From NCBI GenBank assembly GCA_000146465.1, contig CP001943.1: a stretch of DNA of 64,000 nt. One strand, 5' to 3'. How positions within the stretch are numbered: the first letter of the stretch is position 1; every line of letters begins with the position of its first letter. Under the pieces are notes generated by a model that was not told the origin of the DNA, did not search any database, and saw only the letters and a program-made list of their open reading frames with translations. A program made the position numbers and the translations under genes. This document shows positions 17,770-28,291 of the stretch, piece by piece.

Positions 17770-20280
17770 ATGGAAGTGAAATTATGCGAAGATGCTTGGA
17801 AAGTTCTAAGTGCAATAAAGCAGACAATTGTTTCGGAAAGAATGAAAGATACGCCAGAGAACGTTACGGAGGCAGCGATTGAGACGTTTCTGGAGATGAG
17901 CCGAAGAAATGATCATTCGAAAGTGGAAGAGCTTCTTCAGATAATCCTGGCACATAAGAACTACATCACCGAGAAAAGTAGCACAGAGCTTGTGAGAAGA
18001 ATTCTTCTCTCCTTTAAGGAGAAGAAGGTTTATCTCCAAGGACTCCGGGTAATCAAGCATTTTGTGAAAAGCGGGAGATATCACATGTCGCACTTCAAGA
18101 TTCTTGTCGAAGACTGTTTTGGCCGGAAGTCACTAAAAACAAGGTCTGTGGAACTTGCAAAGAGATATCTGGAACTTGAGGAGTTTAGAAAGGAACTTCT
18201 AGGGTATATATCGAAGCTCGAAGGAACCGACTTGATAAGACACATCAACTGTTTCTTCGACTCTATTGCAGATGGAATTGATGTTGTAGAGAAACTTGAC
18301 TCATTTGTGAATCCGGATGTTTTTGAGGGGATGGAGACCGGCGAGGCAAGGGCACTGTACTCTGAATGCTGTGATATGCTCTACAAATATACGTTGATGG
18401 AGATGGAGGTTGGAATTCCGGATGAAAAGGTTTTTGAATACATAGTGAAGAAGCTTCAGATCCTGTTTGAAATTCCTTTTCCCAGGGGAGGAAAGCTCTT
18501 GGAAACTCTTTCATTACTTGCAGAAAAGGACTTGGTTGTTTCTTTAAGGAGCAAGCAGCATTTGATGAGATGGGATAAGAATCTGAAGAGAGAGGTTGTG
18601 AAAGAGCTCTGTGAGTCGAATTTGAAGAATGACAAAATATACGAGTTTATAAGATCTGTAAGGCACGTCCTTGTTCCCGAGTTCATGGATCTAATAAGAC
18701 ACATGGCAAGGAACTTTGTGGAAGGAGATGATAAATATCGATTTGCCCTTGGGGCAGTAGCAGGAATTATAGGAATCGAGGATCTATTTCTGGTACTAGA
18801 AGACATGGAAATAGAGATTAGGACATGGGCACCAATTATCCGATGTTCTTCAAATGGAGACATATCGTTTTTCATAAAGATTCTCCGGGATGTGGAGGAA
18901 AGAAAAGGTGTGGAATCTATCGACAGAACGATTCTCTTGAACTGTATTCCTGCATTCTGCAACTATGCAACTGATCGTACGGGTTCAATTGAAGGTCTCC
19001 TACAAATCATGAAAGCCAACCTAGGGAATTCAAACGTTTTTAATTCGATATGCACAGGACTAAGGAAGTTGATGCATTCCCACGAGAACAACATCAAGAA
19101 CAACTTGATTCTTCGAAACCCGATTCCTCCTGGGGAGTCGGAGAGAATCCTCCACTCAATCAGGAAATCCGAGATTGCTTTGGACATTCTTTCTGTAGGA
19201 ATTGGGAAGTGCTCTGATGAGCTGGATCAGACATTGTTCAAGCTACTGGAAACCGATGATTTTGGACTATCGAGCAGGATATTCCAGTATATCCTACTCT
19301 ACCCTCAGATTGAGTCTGTTACAGTCGGAAAGTGGAATCTATCGGGGATTTCGGATGTAATGAAGGTTGCAAGGTACTTTGTTCCAAAGATGAACAGCGA
19401 TTTCGAGATTTATAGCAAGCTCATGGAGTTCTGTCTTTCTGAGGACGGGGGAGCACAGAAAAGAGCATATCAGCTTCTGTATCACATGAAGAAGCATCAA
19501 AAGATTGATCTGTGCATCTGCGACACTTTATTTTCCCACGAAACCGATGAGAAGACAAAGGACTGCTCCCAGAAATGGAGGATTGCTCTTATTTATTCTG
19601 TTTATACAGTCGGATGCAAATGCTTTTCCGAGCGGAAGAAAGAATATCTCAACAGGATGCTTCCAGTGCTTGTGCTAGGTCTGAAGACAGGAAATGCTAA
19701 GGCCCGAAAGGTTTGTCAGGAAAATTTGGATGAACTTGTATCTGGGTTTTCATCTTCCGAATTTGATTTCTATTGTAGGCTAATGGTTGCAGGAACAGCA
19801 TCGGAAAATGTAGTTCTCAGATGCGGAATACTGGAAGCCTCTGTTGCACTAATAGAGAGCCACAGAGAAAGACTTTCCCAAGAATTCATCCAGTCGATGT
19901 ACGATGGCTGCCTCTCGACAAGTAGACTAGGAAGGGAAACTGTTCCCCATGTTCTCAAATTCTTAAATATCCTTGTTAGCACCTATGCAGTGAACCCTCA
20001 GGGATGTCTGGAAGTTTTAGAGCTATATGCAGACAAATTCAAAAGAAGATATGCAGAAGACGTCAAGTCGATTGTATCAAGACTGATTAGAAGAGATGTG
20101 GAGATCCCCAAGAGTCTCCGCCTTTTCTTGAAGGAAAGAAAAAGAAAAGGTCCTCGGGCAACCTTACAGATAACGAAGAAAAACAACGTGATGATCACAC
20201 AAGGAAAACAGAAACAGGAGAGCATTCCGTTTTCGGGCCACAGAAGAACCGTCAAGCGGAACAAGAGACACAAGAAATAA
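17770..20280 (+). CDS. large alpha-helical (HEAT/ARM-like) protein with a basic K/R-rich C-terminal tail; possible nucleolar ribosome-biogenesis factor
   Basis: 837-aa ORF that is all-helical by composition. The tail KERKRKGPRATLQITKK...HRRTVKRNKRHKK is typical of nucleolar proteins. The ORF-track start at 17734 is a GTG; the first ATG is at 17770 and is preceded by CCC. Confidence 0.4.
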   Translation: MEVKLCEDAWKVLSAIKQTIVSERMKDTPENVTEAAIETFLEMSRRNDHSKVEELLQIILAHKNYITEKSSTELVRRILLSFKEKKVYLQGLRVIKHFVKSGRYHMSHFKILVEDCFGRKSLKTRSVELAKRYLELEEFRKELLGYISKLEGTDLIRHINCFFDSIADGIDVVEKLDSFVNPDVFEGMETGEARALYSECCDMLYKYTLMEMEVGIPDEKVFEYIVKKLQILFEIPFPRGGKLLETLSLLAEKDLVVSLRSKQHLMRWDKNLKREVVKELCESNLKNDKIYEFIRSVRHVLVPEFMDLIRHMARNFVEGDDKYRFALGAVAGIIGIEDLFLVLEDMEIEIRTWAPIIRCSSNGDISFFIKILRDVEERKGVESIDRTILLNCIPAFCNYATDRTGSIEGLLQIMKANLGNSNVFNSICTGLRKLMHSHENNIKNNLILRNPIPPGESERILHSIRKSEIALDILSVGIGKCSDELDQTLFKLLETDDFGLSSRIFQYILLYPQIESVTVGKWNLSGISDVMKVARYFVPKMNSDFEIYSKLMEFCLSEDGGAQKRAYQLLYHMKKHQKIDLCICDTLFSHETDEKTKDCSQKWRIALIYSVYTVGCKCFSERKKEYLNRMLPVLVLGLKTGNAKARKVCQENLDELVSGFSSSEFDFYCRLMVAGTASENVVLRCGILEASVALIESHRERLSQEFIQSMYDGCLSTSRLGRETVPHVLKFLNILVSTYAVNPQGCLEVLELYADKFKRRYAEDVKSIVSRLIRRDVEIPKSLRLFLKERKRKGPRATLQITKKNNVMITQGKQKQESIPFSGHRRTVKRNKRHKK

Positions 20281-20352
20281 AACTTCATTTAATTTTGGTC
20301 TTCAAAATAATTCTATCTGTTTTTTTATTTATCTCTTCTGTAGCACTAGAAG

Positions 20353-22164
20353 TCATGCATAGGACCGTACAAAGTTAAGCTCCTCGTCAAAACTGTCATC
20401 GTAGTCCATTGTTGGAGCCTCCATTCCGATGCTTTCGCAGAAATTAGTAAAAAGGATCTTTAGGTCGAGAGATTCCTCCTTGTTTACGCAATCTCTGAGT
20501 ACAGAGAAGTATTGTCTTTGCATGTCTATAGGCATTTTTTGGAGGAGCATCATGGCAATCTTGCATCTAAAGGATGCACCCACCTTAAGCTGAAGTGCCC
20601 TGTCAACAAGATAAGCCCAAGTATCTTTATTCTCAAGCAGCATTAGGCTTGAGTACAGCCTTGCAAGGGAAATAGACTTGTGTTTCGAATATCCATACAT
20701 AATCTCTATGCTAGGAATTATTACATTCATCACTTGCATGCTTATCTCGGCCTTGTGCACAACAGAAGCCAGAAAGTCAATATCCTCAAAAACCCATGGA
20801 TGCAGAAAGATCGACATAAGTGTGGCCTTGCTCTTGATAAGACAAGACCAAAGTAAAGAGTCTCCGTCAAAGGCCTCCTTCCTGAAAAAGTATCTGAAAA
20901 ATCCTGTGTAATCTGCACAGAGTATAGATTGGGAAGGGGAAAAGAGTCTTGAGAGACAGTTGTTTACATGTACAAAGTCTACCTTCGAAGCCCTGTAGTT
21001 CCTGATTCTTTCTATAAACTCGCGAATTCTATGGCTGGTTGCCTCGTTCAAGAGGAAATACCGTCCTATCCCATTGAGACACATACAGTATGCTTCAATG
21101 TTCTTGGTCTTGAAGAGATAATCCAAGAGCCCAAACATCTCATCAGAAGAAACCTCTCTGAACTTACACATCTCGGATATAAGTAAGCAATTCGATATCA
21201 CATCGTTGTGGCTTGGGTTCTTTGCCTGATATATTTCTCTGAAGAGAACTGCTACAACTTTTCTTGCAACAGCTCCCATGTTTTTAAGTATCCTGGCTAT
21301 GCTTGATATGAAGTTAGGGTTGAGCTTCAACTGCATAAGCATGAAAACAACCTCCTTCTGGTTGTTTACGTTTTTTATGGATTTCGATAATGCATCCAAC
21401 TTCTCTGTATCTCCAGAATGCATAATGATGTAGTCCCTTATCTCTTTTATGTCCAGGCCCCCATCATAACATTCCAATGAGGCAGTACGCCCGGTGTAAT
21501 AGTGGAACTCCTCGTTCTCCACATCGGCCATCTTCTTAAGGTCATATCCCTCGTCACACACCTTTATCCCAAGAGACCTTGCTACAACATCAAGCCTCCC
21601 ACCCCTGTCTTCACTAGTCTGCGGATCTATCCTTTTAGCTTGGTTAGAAACCTCTGCTTGGCTTAGTTCATCCTTATAGTTTTCCATTATGTATCCGAGA
21701 AAGAGGATTCTAGGTTTTTCACTTATCTTGTTGCATAGATCTCTGATCAGATTTTCTCTTCTCTCCTCTTTATCCACAGTCCTTCTTGATAGAGTCTGCA
21801 AATCAAAGAAAAAGGCTGCAAGCCAGTACTTCTCCGTCTCCTCAATTCCATGATTTATGATCTTTCCTAATTCCGACATCAACAGCCTCATGAAGTCGCT
21901 GCATGATGTAAGTGCAGACGTCACCCGGACAACACTCTTGATGTCGTCTGTAGATTGTACTTTTGATAGAAGTATCGAAGTAACTATCTCGGAGGTGAAC
22001 TTGCTCATGTCTTCCTTCTCAAGATCACTTTTAATCGCTTCTACACTTTCTGAATTTATGTTTTTAAGCTTCTTTATGATCGAAAGCTTTTTTCTAAGCG
22101 GAGAGTTTCTCTTTCTTTCTGTATAAGGAACTCCCAAAGCCATAAGCTCATCTTCCCAATTCAT
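20353..22164 (-). CDS. conserved hypothetical helical-repeat protein (MIF4G/ARM-like?)
   Basis: 603-aa uninterrupted ORF starting at an ATG, followed by GGG on the plus strand. I find no confident domain match. The composition is that of a helical repeat protein. Confidence 0.4.
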   Translation of the reverse strand: MNWEDELMALGVPYTERKRNSPLRKKLSIIKKLKNINSESVEAIKSDLEKEDMSKFTSEIVTSILLSKVQSTDDIKSVVRVTSALTSCSDFMRLLMSELGKIINHGIEETEKYWLAAFFFDLQTLSRRTVDKEERRENLIRDLCNKISEKPRILFLGYIMENYKDELSQAEVSNQAKRIDPQTSEDRGGRLDVVARSLGIKVCDEGYDLKKMADVENEEFHYYTGRTASLECYDGGLDIKEIRDYIIMHSGDTEKLDALSKSIKNVNNQKEVVFMLMQLKLNPNFISSIARILKNMGAVARKVVAVLFREIYQAKNPSHNDVISNCLLISEMCKFREVSSDEMFGLLDYLFKTKNIEAYCMCLNGIGRYFLLNEATSHRIREFIERIRNYRASKVDFVHVNNCLSRLFSPSQSILCADYTGFFRYFFRKEAFDGDSLLWSCLIKSKATLMSIFLHPWVFEDIDFLASVVHKAEISMQVMNVIIPSIEIMYGYSKHKSISLARLYSSLMLLENKDTWAYLVDRALQLKVGASFRCKIAMMLLQKMPIDMQRQYFSVLRDCVNKEESLDLKILFTNFCESIGMEAPTMDYDDSFDEELNFVRSYA

Positions 22165-22223
22165 AGAAGGGACTTTCCTCCCAAAGGATTTATTACACTG
22201 GGGGCTTCTTGAAGCCCTTGGAC

Positions 22224-25200
22224 ATGAACCGGAACTATTTGAAGAACCTCTATCTCCAGCAACTCGAATCGGAACGGTATTCAGATGTATTCCGAGAAAG
22301 CCTACATAGCCTAGTGTCTGTGGAAATAATGAATACCGTTATACTCTTGGCTGTTAAGGATGATGACGAGGATGCACTCATCGATCTTCTGGAGTTGTTT
22401 CTGCAACATCTAGAGACCAACCCTATATTTTATGAGAAACTTGGGAAATCAAACCTTCACTTACTTCTGTTGGAACGTCCACTGAGGATGCAGAGCTACA
22501 CAAAACTAAAGTTGGTTTATGATAAGGTTAGGCCCAAGAGAACTCCACTAAGCTTTGAGCATACAGAGTTTCTCGCCAAAAACTTTTACAATTACTGTCT
22601 CTACAAGTACGCATACAATGATTATCAGTTCGACCTTGAGATGTCTGTGGAAGGATTTGGGCCGGTGGAGATGAATTTGTTCAAAGATCTCCTTAGGAAG
22701 ATATGCATTGAAAATAGAGAGAACGAGCATCTTGCTAATTATGTAAGAACTCTTCCCATGGACACAAATGTCTTTCTTGCTATAGTGGAGCCGGATTTCA
22801 AGGTAGATGCATCGAAGCTTGAGCCAGAGGATTTATTTGTTGTGTACCCAGCTCAGGTCCAAAGATGTAACCTGGGCTTGTTTACAAAGCCATTTCTTTG
22901 CAGTTTGAACTCTAAGGAGGGTCTTTGCAGAGTTTGTGGGAGAAGAGTTCTAGAATACCACTTTGAGGAGATCGACCACGAAGAATACCTGGAAAGTATA
23001 GCAGGAAATATCAAAGAGATATGTTTTGCTGTAAGTCATTGGGAAAAGGCCAGAACGCCTCGGGTGCTTATAACTGTTCTCAGGTCTCTGTTCAAAGGAT
23101 GCGAAGATCTCGAATGTTACAAATCCCTAAAGTACTTTCCGGTGAAAGAGGAGAGCGATATGGAGGATATAGTTGTAAAGTTCTTAAGATATGCAGCAAG
23201 CACATTGAACATTGAGAACATCCAGGTATCCCTCAGGATGCTTCCGTTTACAAGCCACACCCCAAAAGTAATATTTTCATACTTTGTTATTTTATTTGAA
23301 AGCTTACGAAAGTATCCGGAAAATGGGTTTTTGAGAAGCATAGTAAAGAATGTGGTGATGAGGAACAAGGACAAATTTATGAAGATAAGAGCAATGATAT
23401 TTGAATACTATATGAAGGGGGACGAAGAGTCGGTGTTTGACATTCCAAATAGAGAAAAAGAGGGAAGAGGCTTGAAGGATGGAAAGGACTTTAATACAAG
23501 CATAAGCGATAGACTTGAACGTAGACTTGCACCGTTGTCTGAATTCTTCAGCGAGGAGTGCGGATCTTTCGTTAAAAACAACATGTTCTACATATATCCT
23601 ATCATATACTCACTATGGCTTCCTCGTTGCACCCAGGATCTTGGATTTACTCAGGCAAATAACCACTTTCTAGTAATATCGCTTTGCCTCCAAGGGGAAG
23701 AAAGCAGAATAGATGAAATAGGATATGAAAAAGACGAACTGTATGGAATGGGGGTTGATGTAATTGTTCCCCTTTTGTGCAACGGATACTTCAAATATGA
23801 TATTCTGGAAAGGTTTTTTGGGGATACTCGGAAGTATATAAGCATCCACTTACCGAAGTTTTTATTTGCATTGAAGAAGGTGTATGTAGAAAGACCTTTT
23901 GAGTTTCGAGTATGTGTGTTTAAGGTTCTGAAGTGCATTATAGATGCAATTTCCAACAATGTGAAGATGTTGTTCAACTATCTATTTCCGTTTGTGGAGT
24001 TCTTTATGAGAAAACATGAAGACTCGTGTGGAATGGATTGCAAGATGATTTTCATTGAGTATTATTCATCATTTTTTGAGAACGATTGTTTTATCCGAAA
24101 CATGCCCAGGATATTTCCATATTTAGACGTTGAAAAGATAGTGAAGTGGAGCAATGCAAAGAATGAGGAAGACTACCTGGATATAGTCCTTGGGCTTTTG
24201 AACACCAAAGGGCACTTTTCACAGGAAATGGCCACCTCTAAAGCGGTGGAACTTCTTACAAGGGTCTTTGGAAGTATAGATAAAGATGGAGTGCTTGATG
24301 AAGAAAGCTTTGTGGAAAACATTCTTACCCGATTCTTTAAGAGCCCTACGTTTAGAATTAAGGTTGGGAGTATCTACAGGCGACTTAGAGAAGTGGAAAG
24401 TGATGCAGCATTCCTGATTGGATGTATATCACAGGAGTTTCTGGAACCAGAGATCCATCCCTCTGTCTGTGACGTTCCTATTATGGGGAATACTCCGGAA
24501 GCAATTGCTAGAGTGATGATTGAAAGGTATCTACTCGAGATAGATCCTGGAAAACAAGATCTTCATTTTTTCATAATACAGGAGACTTTAAAGTTTATTA
24601 GAGGGCCTTTAAGCGACAGTATAGAAGAAGTTGTTGATCAGTTTAGAAACACACAGTATCTCTATGAGCACGTGCCTACATATTCAACGGAGAAGTTGTA
24701 TGAAAAGACACATACATTTAAGAAGTTCCTCGAAAGGCTGTATCGGCACACCCTCTCAGAAGTTGAAAGGAGGAACAAAAAGGAATATTTTAATCTTCTT
24801 AGATATGGAGATCTGCTTGGGATTCCGTTTCTGGAGTTCCATTGCTTGTCCCTGTGCAGGCTACTTCTAGATTCGGGAGACAGCAGAGTTGCAGGGATTG
24901 CACAGAATATATCCCAGGACCTCGAGGGGGGAGTGGACAGAAAGATTGCAAGGTTTGTTCTGAAACTACACAGGTTCACAGAAGGGAAGTATGTTCCAGA
25001 TCTTGTGATACTCAGGATATCTATTTTTCTCAAGGACCATTATAACGCTATCCAGGTTTTAGAGAAGATGATAAGAAAAGAAAGGAGAAGGGATCTCTTT
25101 GATCTCCTCCAATACAACTACTATTGGATCAAGGACTATGACAAAGTACTAGGAATAAACTCGGTATTTGGGAGACCAACACTGATCAACCTTTTTTTTG

Positions 25201-27647
25201 GGTTCTGTGTTGATAAAAACTTCGCAGCAGCAAGGAGATGCTTAGAGCCAGAAGTGATTCTTGGGAATTGTACCACGGAGTCGGATGACGAAGAAAAAGG
25301 GAAGGACTTAATAATTCAATCACTGGACATGAAAGACCGTCTATCGGAAATCATAGATGAATGCCAAGACGATGAAGTTATGAAGTTTATGAATGACTGC
25401 AAGAGAATTGAGAAGGATTTTTCCGAATGGAGAAACTTGGAGAGTAGAAATGAGGTCTTCAAGCATTTTGTAAAAGACTGCGAGCTTGTATCTAAGAGCA
25501 AGAATCTACTCAAGACCCTTGATCTGATAGCTGGGAGAAGAGAGATGGCTGGGGACGATAGAATGCTTCTGGAATGCCATGAAAGTCTTATGGCAGGAAT
25601 TAGATCCATGGTGGATGGAAGAGATGATATATCATGTGATGAAATGTTTGAGTCTCTTTTCACTTTATCAAAGGAGAATGTCGGGGAAAGCCAGGATGTA
25701 GGTCTTGAGCACAGAGAATACTTTGACGACTTTGCATCTGTGGATATGGTCCGAGCTGAAAGGCATCATGAAAGGATAGGATACATAGATAGAAGTAGGT
25801 TCGGAAAGACAAGCGGATACAATTCTTTGGATGAATTTGAAAGAGATTTAAAGCTTGGGATGATAAGAAGCTACATGGGAGATAATGATTTTAATAAGTG
25901 CATTCAGGAGATTGGAAGCATGCTTCTCAAGAGGGAGTGGAGCGCACTATATGAACTGGCCAAGCTAAATGTTCTGCAGGGGAAAGTAGGAGATGCAAAG
26001 ACGTCCCTCAAAAAGGTTTTGGAATTGTTTCCTAGAACATCGATATTCCATAAAAGAGCTTTGGCCAGATATGCAGAGATAGTGGATACAAAGACAGGAT
26101 ATGACTCTGCATTGTCAGTCTTAAAGGATTCTGGAAAGCTTTTTCTTCTTGGAGCCAAGAAATTTGAAAGCACAGAGCCGGTGAAGGCAATGGAGATGTA
26201 TATTAACAGTGTAGTGCATGATAGTCAATATTCAGACGAAGCAATTCCTAGAATATTTCATCTGTTTTCCGAGATGACACCTCCAGGAGACATCAATGCG
26301 AGTAGTGCCTTGATTAAGAAGTTCTTAGAATCTTGCCTTTCTCTGCTTCCCCCATACTACAATCAAATTCTCTCCCGATTAAGTCATCCAAACCGAGATG
26401 TGGTGGATGTAGTGTCCAATATTGTGCTTGAGCTCATGGAAAATTATCCTAGCAAGACTTTTTGGAGATCTCTGATCATGATGAACTCCCAGGTTCCAAA
26501 CACTAGGAAGCGCATGGAGGGAATCATCTCCGAGCTTACATTGGATAACAAGGTGGTTCTGTCCAACATCAGGAAGATATCAGAGGGCCTTATGGAAATA
26601 TCAAAATCTAAAAAGAACGAGCTAGCCATGGAGGAAGACTTTCCGGGATTCATTAGAATGTTTCCAACTAATGTCATGGTTCCTAATACCGGGATATTGA
26701 TAAACGGAGTGAAAAATGAGATAAAGGTCTTCAATTCTTTGCAGAGGCCTAAAAGAATATGCTTTGTAGGAAATGATGGAAAAAACTACTACTGGCTTTG
26801 CAAGAACCAGGACGATTTAAGGAAAGATAGCAGGTTTATGGACCTGAACCTCATAATTAACAGCATACTTAGGAAGCAAAGCAACAAAAAGTACATTCGA
26901 ACCTATGCTGTGATACCGTTTAGCCATGAGAGCGGAATCATAGAATGGATCAAGGGGTTGAACTCCCTTAAGGTTATATGCGATTCCTACTATTCAAAAG
27001 ATGGGATATCAATCTCGGAGACTGCATGTCGGTTTGTACAAAACAAGAAGATAGGGCCTCGAGAATGGCATAAGGTTATCTCTAAGTTCGGCCCGAAGTT
27101 TCATCTTTGGTTCAGCGACAACTTTCCGCATCCATATAGTTGGCTATCAGCTAGAAACAATTACACCAGGACGTATGCAATAATGAACATTGTGGGATGG
27201 TTTATGGGTCTGGGAGACAGGCATGCAGAGAACATTCTTTTTGATTCCAACACTGGCGACACAGTCCATGTCGATTTGAACTGTATCTTTGGAAAGGGAA
27301 GAGAGCTGCAAGTTCCAGAAAAGGTTCCATATAGACTCACTCAAAATATAGTGGATGCATTTGGAGTACTTGGGCTTGAAGGTTCATACAATGCCTCTCT
27401 TTGTTCAACGCTGGACCTATTTCTCAAGAACAAAAACATCCTTGTGTCTAACCTCCTATCTTTTGTTTATGATCCTTTATTTGAATGGAGAAGGAAATCC
27501 ACCACCACTCCAAAGAGGATCATCGAAGATCTGTGCCGCAAGATGGATGATTTGGATGTCAGCAGTAAGTGTGATGTTTTGAATGAGGAGGCAACAAAAA
27601 GTGAGAACCTGTGTATGATGTACATAGGATGGCTTCCATTCATTTAG
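22224..27647 (+). CDS. MEC1: PI3K-related protein kinase of the ATR/Mec1 type
   Basis: C-terminal PI3K/PI4K catalytic domain (GLGDRHAENILFDSNTGDTVHVDLNCIF; DFG-equivalent region) and a FATC tail ending in MMYIGWLPFI, as in Mec1/ATR (...GWCPFW). A long helical FAT-like N-terminus precedes it. The ORF-track start at 22209 is a TTG; the first ATG is at 22224. Confidence 0.8.
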   Translation: MNRNYLKNLYLQQLESERYSDVFRESLHSLVSVEIMNTVILLAVKDDDEDALIDLLELFLQHLETNPIFYEKLGKSNLHLLLLERPLRMQSYTKLKLVYDKVRPKRTPLSFEHTEFLAKNFYNYCLYKYAYNDYQFDLEMSVEGFGPVEMNLFKDLLRKICIENRENEHLANYVRTLPMDTNVFLAIVEPDFKVDASKLEPEDLFVVYPAQVQRCNLGLFTKPFLCSLNSKEGLCRVCGRRVLEYHFEEIDHEEYLESIAGNIKEICFAVSHWEKARTPRVLITVLRSLFKGCEDLECYKSLKYFPVKEESDMEDIVVKFLRYAASTLNIENIQVSLRMLPFTSHTPKVIFSYFVILFESLRKYPENGFLRSIVKNVVMRNKDKFMKIRAMIFEYYMKGDEESVFDIPNREKEGRGLKDGKDFNTSISDRLERRLAPLSEFFSEECGSFVKNNMFYIYPIIYSLWLPRCTQDLGFTQANNHFLVISLCLQGEESRIDEIGYEKDELYGMGVDVIVPLLCNGYFKYDILERFFGDTRKYISIHLPKFLFALKKVYVERPFEFRVCVFKVLKCIIDAISNNVKMLFNYLFPFVEFFMRKHEDSCGMDCKMIFIEYYSSFFENDCFIRNMPRIFPYLDVEKIVKWSNAKNEEDYLDIVLGLLNTKGHFSQEMATSKAVELLTRVFGSIDKDGVLDEESFVENILTRFFKSPTFRIKVGSIYRRLREVESDAAFLIGCISQEFLEPEIHPSVCDVPIMGNTPEAIARVMIERYLLEIDPGKQDLHFFIIQETLKFIRGPLSDSIEEVVDQFRNTQYLYEHVPTYSTEKLYEKTHTFKKFLERLYRHTLSEVERRNKKEYFNLLRYGDLLGIPFLEFHCLSLCRLLLDSGDSRVAGIAQNISQDLEGGVDRKIARFVLKLHRFTEGKYVPDLVILRISIFLKDHYNAIQVLEKMIRKERRRDLFDLLQYNYYWIKDYDKVLGINSVFGRPTLINLFFGFCVDKNFAAARRCLEPEVILGNCTTESDDEEKGKDLIIQSLDMKDRLSEIIDECQDDEVMKFMNDCKRIEKDFSEWRNLESRNEVFKHFVKDCELVSKSKNLLKTLDLIAGRREMAGDDRMLLECHESLMAGIRSMVDGRDDISCDEMFESLFTLSKENVGESQDVGLEHREYFDDFASVDMVRAERHHERIGYIDRSRFGKTSGYNSLDEFERDLKLGMIRSYMGDNDFNKCIQEIGSMLLKREWSALYELAKLNVLQGKVGDAKTSLKKVLELFPRTSIFHKRALARYAEIVDTKTGYDSALSVLKDSGKLFLLGAKKFESTEPVKAMEMYINSVVHDSQYSDEAIPRIFHLFSEMTPPGDINASSALIKKFLESCLSLLPPYYNQILSRLSHPNRDVVDVVSNIVLELMENYPSKTFWRSLIMMNSQVPNTRKRMEGIISELTLDNKVVLSNIRKISEGLMEISKSKKNELAMEEDFPGFIRMFPTNVMVPNTGILINGVKNEIKVFNSLQRPKRICFVGNDGKNYYWLCKNQDDLRKDSRFMDLNLIINSILRKQSNKKYIRTYAVIPFSHESGIIEWIKGLNSLKVICDSYYSKDGISISETACRFVQNKKIGPREWHKVISKFGPKFHLWFSDNFPHPYSWLSARNNYTRTYAIMNIVGWFMGLGDRHAENILFDSNTGDTVHVDLNCIFGKGRELQVPEKVPYRLTQNIVDAFGVLGLEGSYNASLCSTLDLFLKNKNILVSNLLSFVYDPLFEWRRKSTTTPKRIIEDLCRKMDDLDVSSKCDVLNEEATKSENLCMMYIGWLPFI

Positions 27648-27731
27648 CCTCACTATAAAAGAGATTCCAATGGCAGTCCATTAGATTATCTATCCAAAAT
27701 AACTTAAAATATACTTAGAATACTCTCAAGA

Positions 27732-28241
27732 CTATTTACTTTTCAAAAGACCTTGAAGATCGTCGAGAAACTCCTCATGGATAAGCCTTCCGTTGGAATC
27801 AAAGAGGTCAAACATCGATTTGGTGTACTTACTAGGAATGAGCTTGTTTTTGTTGTAGACCATTATTACATATGTGGGATCAGGTGCACTCACACTTGTG
27901 GAAACCACCCGGTCCTTGAATACCATTGAAGAGCCTGTCCATCGAAAGTAGATTTCTCCAAGAATGTTGATTACGAAATAGATTAGAGTTAATATAGTTA
28001 TGACTTGTTTGTGATACTCAAACTCCGATGTCAAGGAAAAATATGCAACTGCTGAGGCAATGACAGTCGAAATCAGCCCTATTGCTATTTTAATGTCTGT
28101 AGAGACCTTAGACTGCTTGGAATTCCCCACATTTTCCATGAAGTCTCGGATGACATCATCGAGAATAATCTTCAGCTCGCTTAGGTTGTATATGTCTCCT
28201 CTGAGCGGGTTTTTGTTGTACTTGGCTTTTAAGTTATCCAT
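27732..28241 (-). CDS. signal peptidase complex subunit 2 (SPCS2/Spc2)-like
   Basis: Two adjacent TMs (IAIGLISTVIASAVAYFSL; ITILTLIYFVINILGEIYF) followed by YTKSMFDLFDSNGRLIHEEFLDDLQGL (compare human SPCS2 [27 protein letters not shown]). I chose the ATG at 28241 because GGG follows it on the plus strand. An upstream ATG at 28319 would overlap the MCM4 start. Confidence 0.5.
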   Translation of the reverse strand: MDNLKAKYNKNPLRGDIYNLSELKIILDDVIRDFMENVGNSKQSKVSTDIKIAIGLISTVIASAVAYFSLTSEFEYHKQVITILTLIYFVINILGEIYFRWTGSSMVFKDRVVSTSVSAPDPTYVIMVYNKNKLIPSKYTKSMFDLFDSNGRLIHEEFLDDLQGLLKSK

Positions 28242-28285
28242 AGAGGGTAAATATTTTACAAAGGTGTTAACTAGGATAGGAGACA

Positions 28286-28289
28286 CCCC
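28286..28289 (+). promoter_or_regulatory. CCCC motif 2 nt upstream of the MCM4 ATG
   Basis: agacaCCCCaaATG. Confidence 0.4.
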
Positions 28290-28291
28290 AA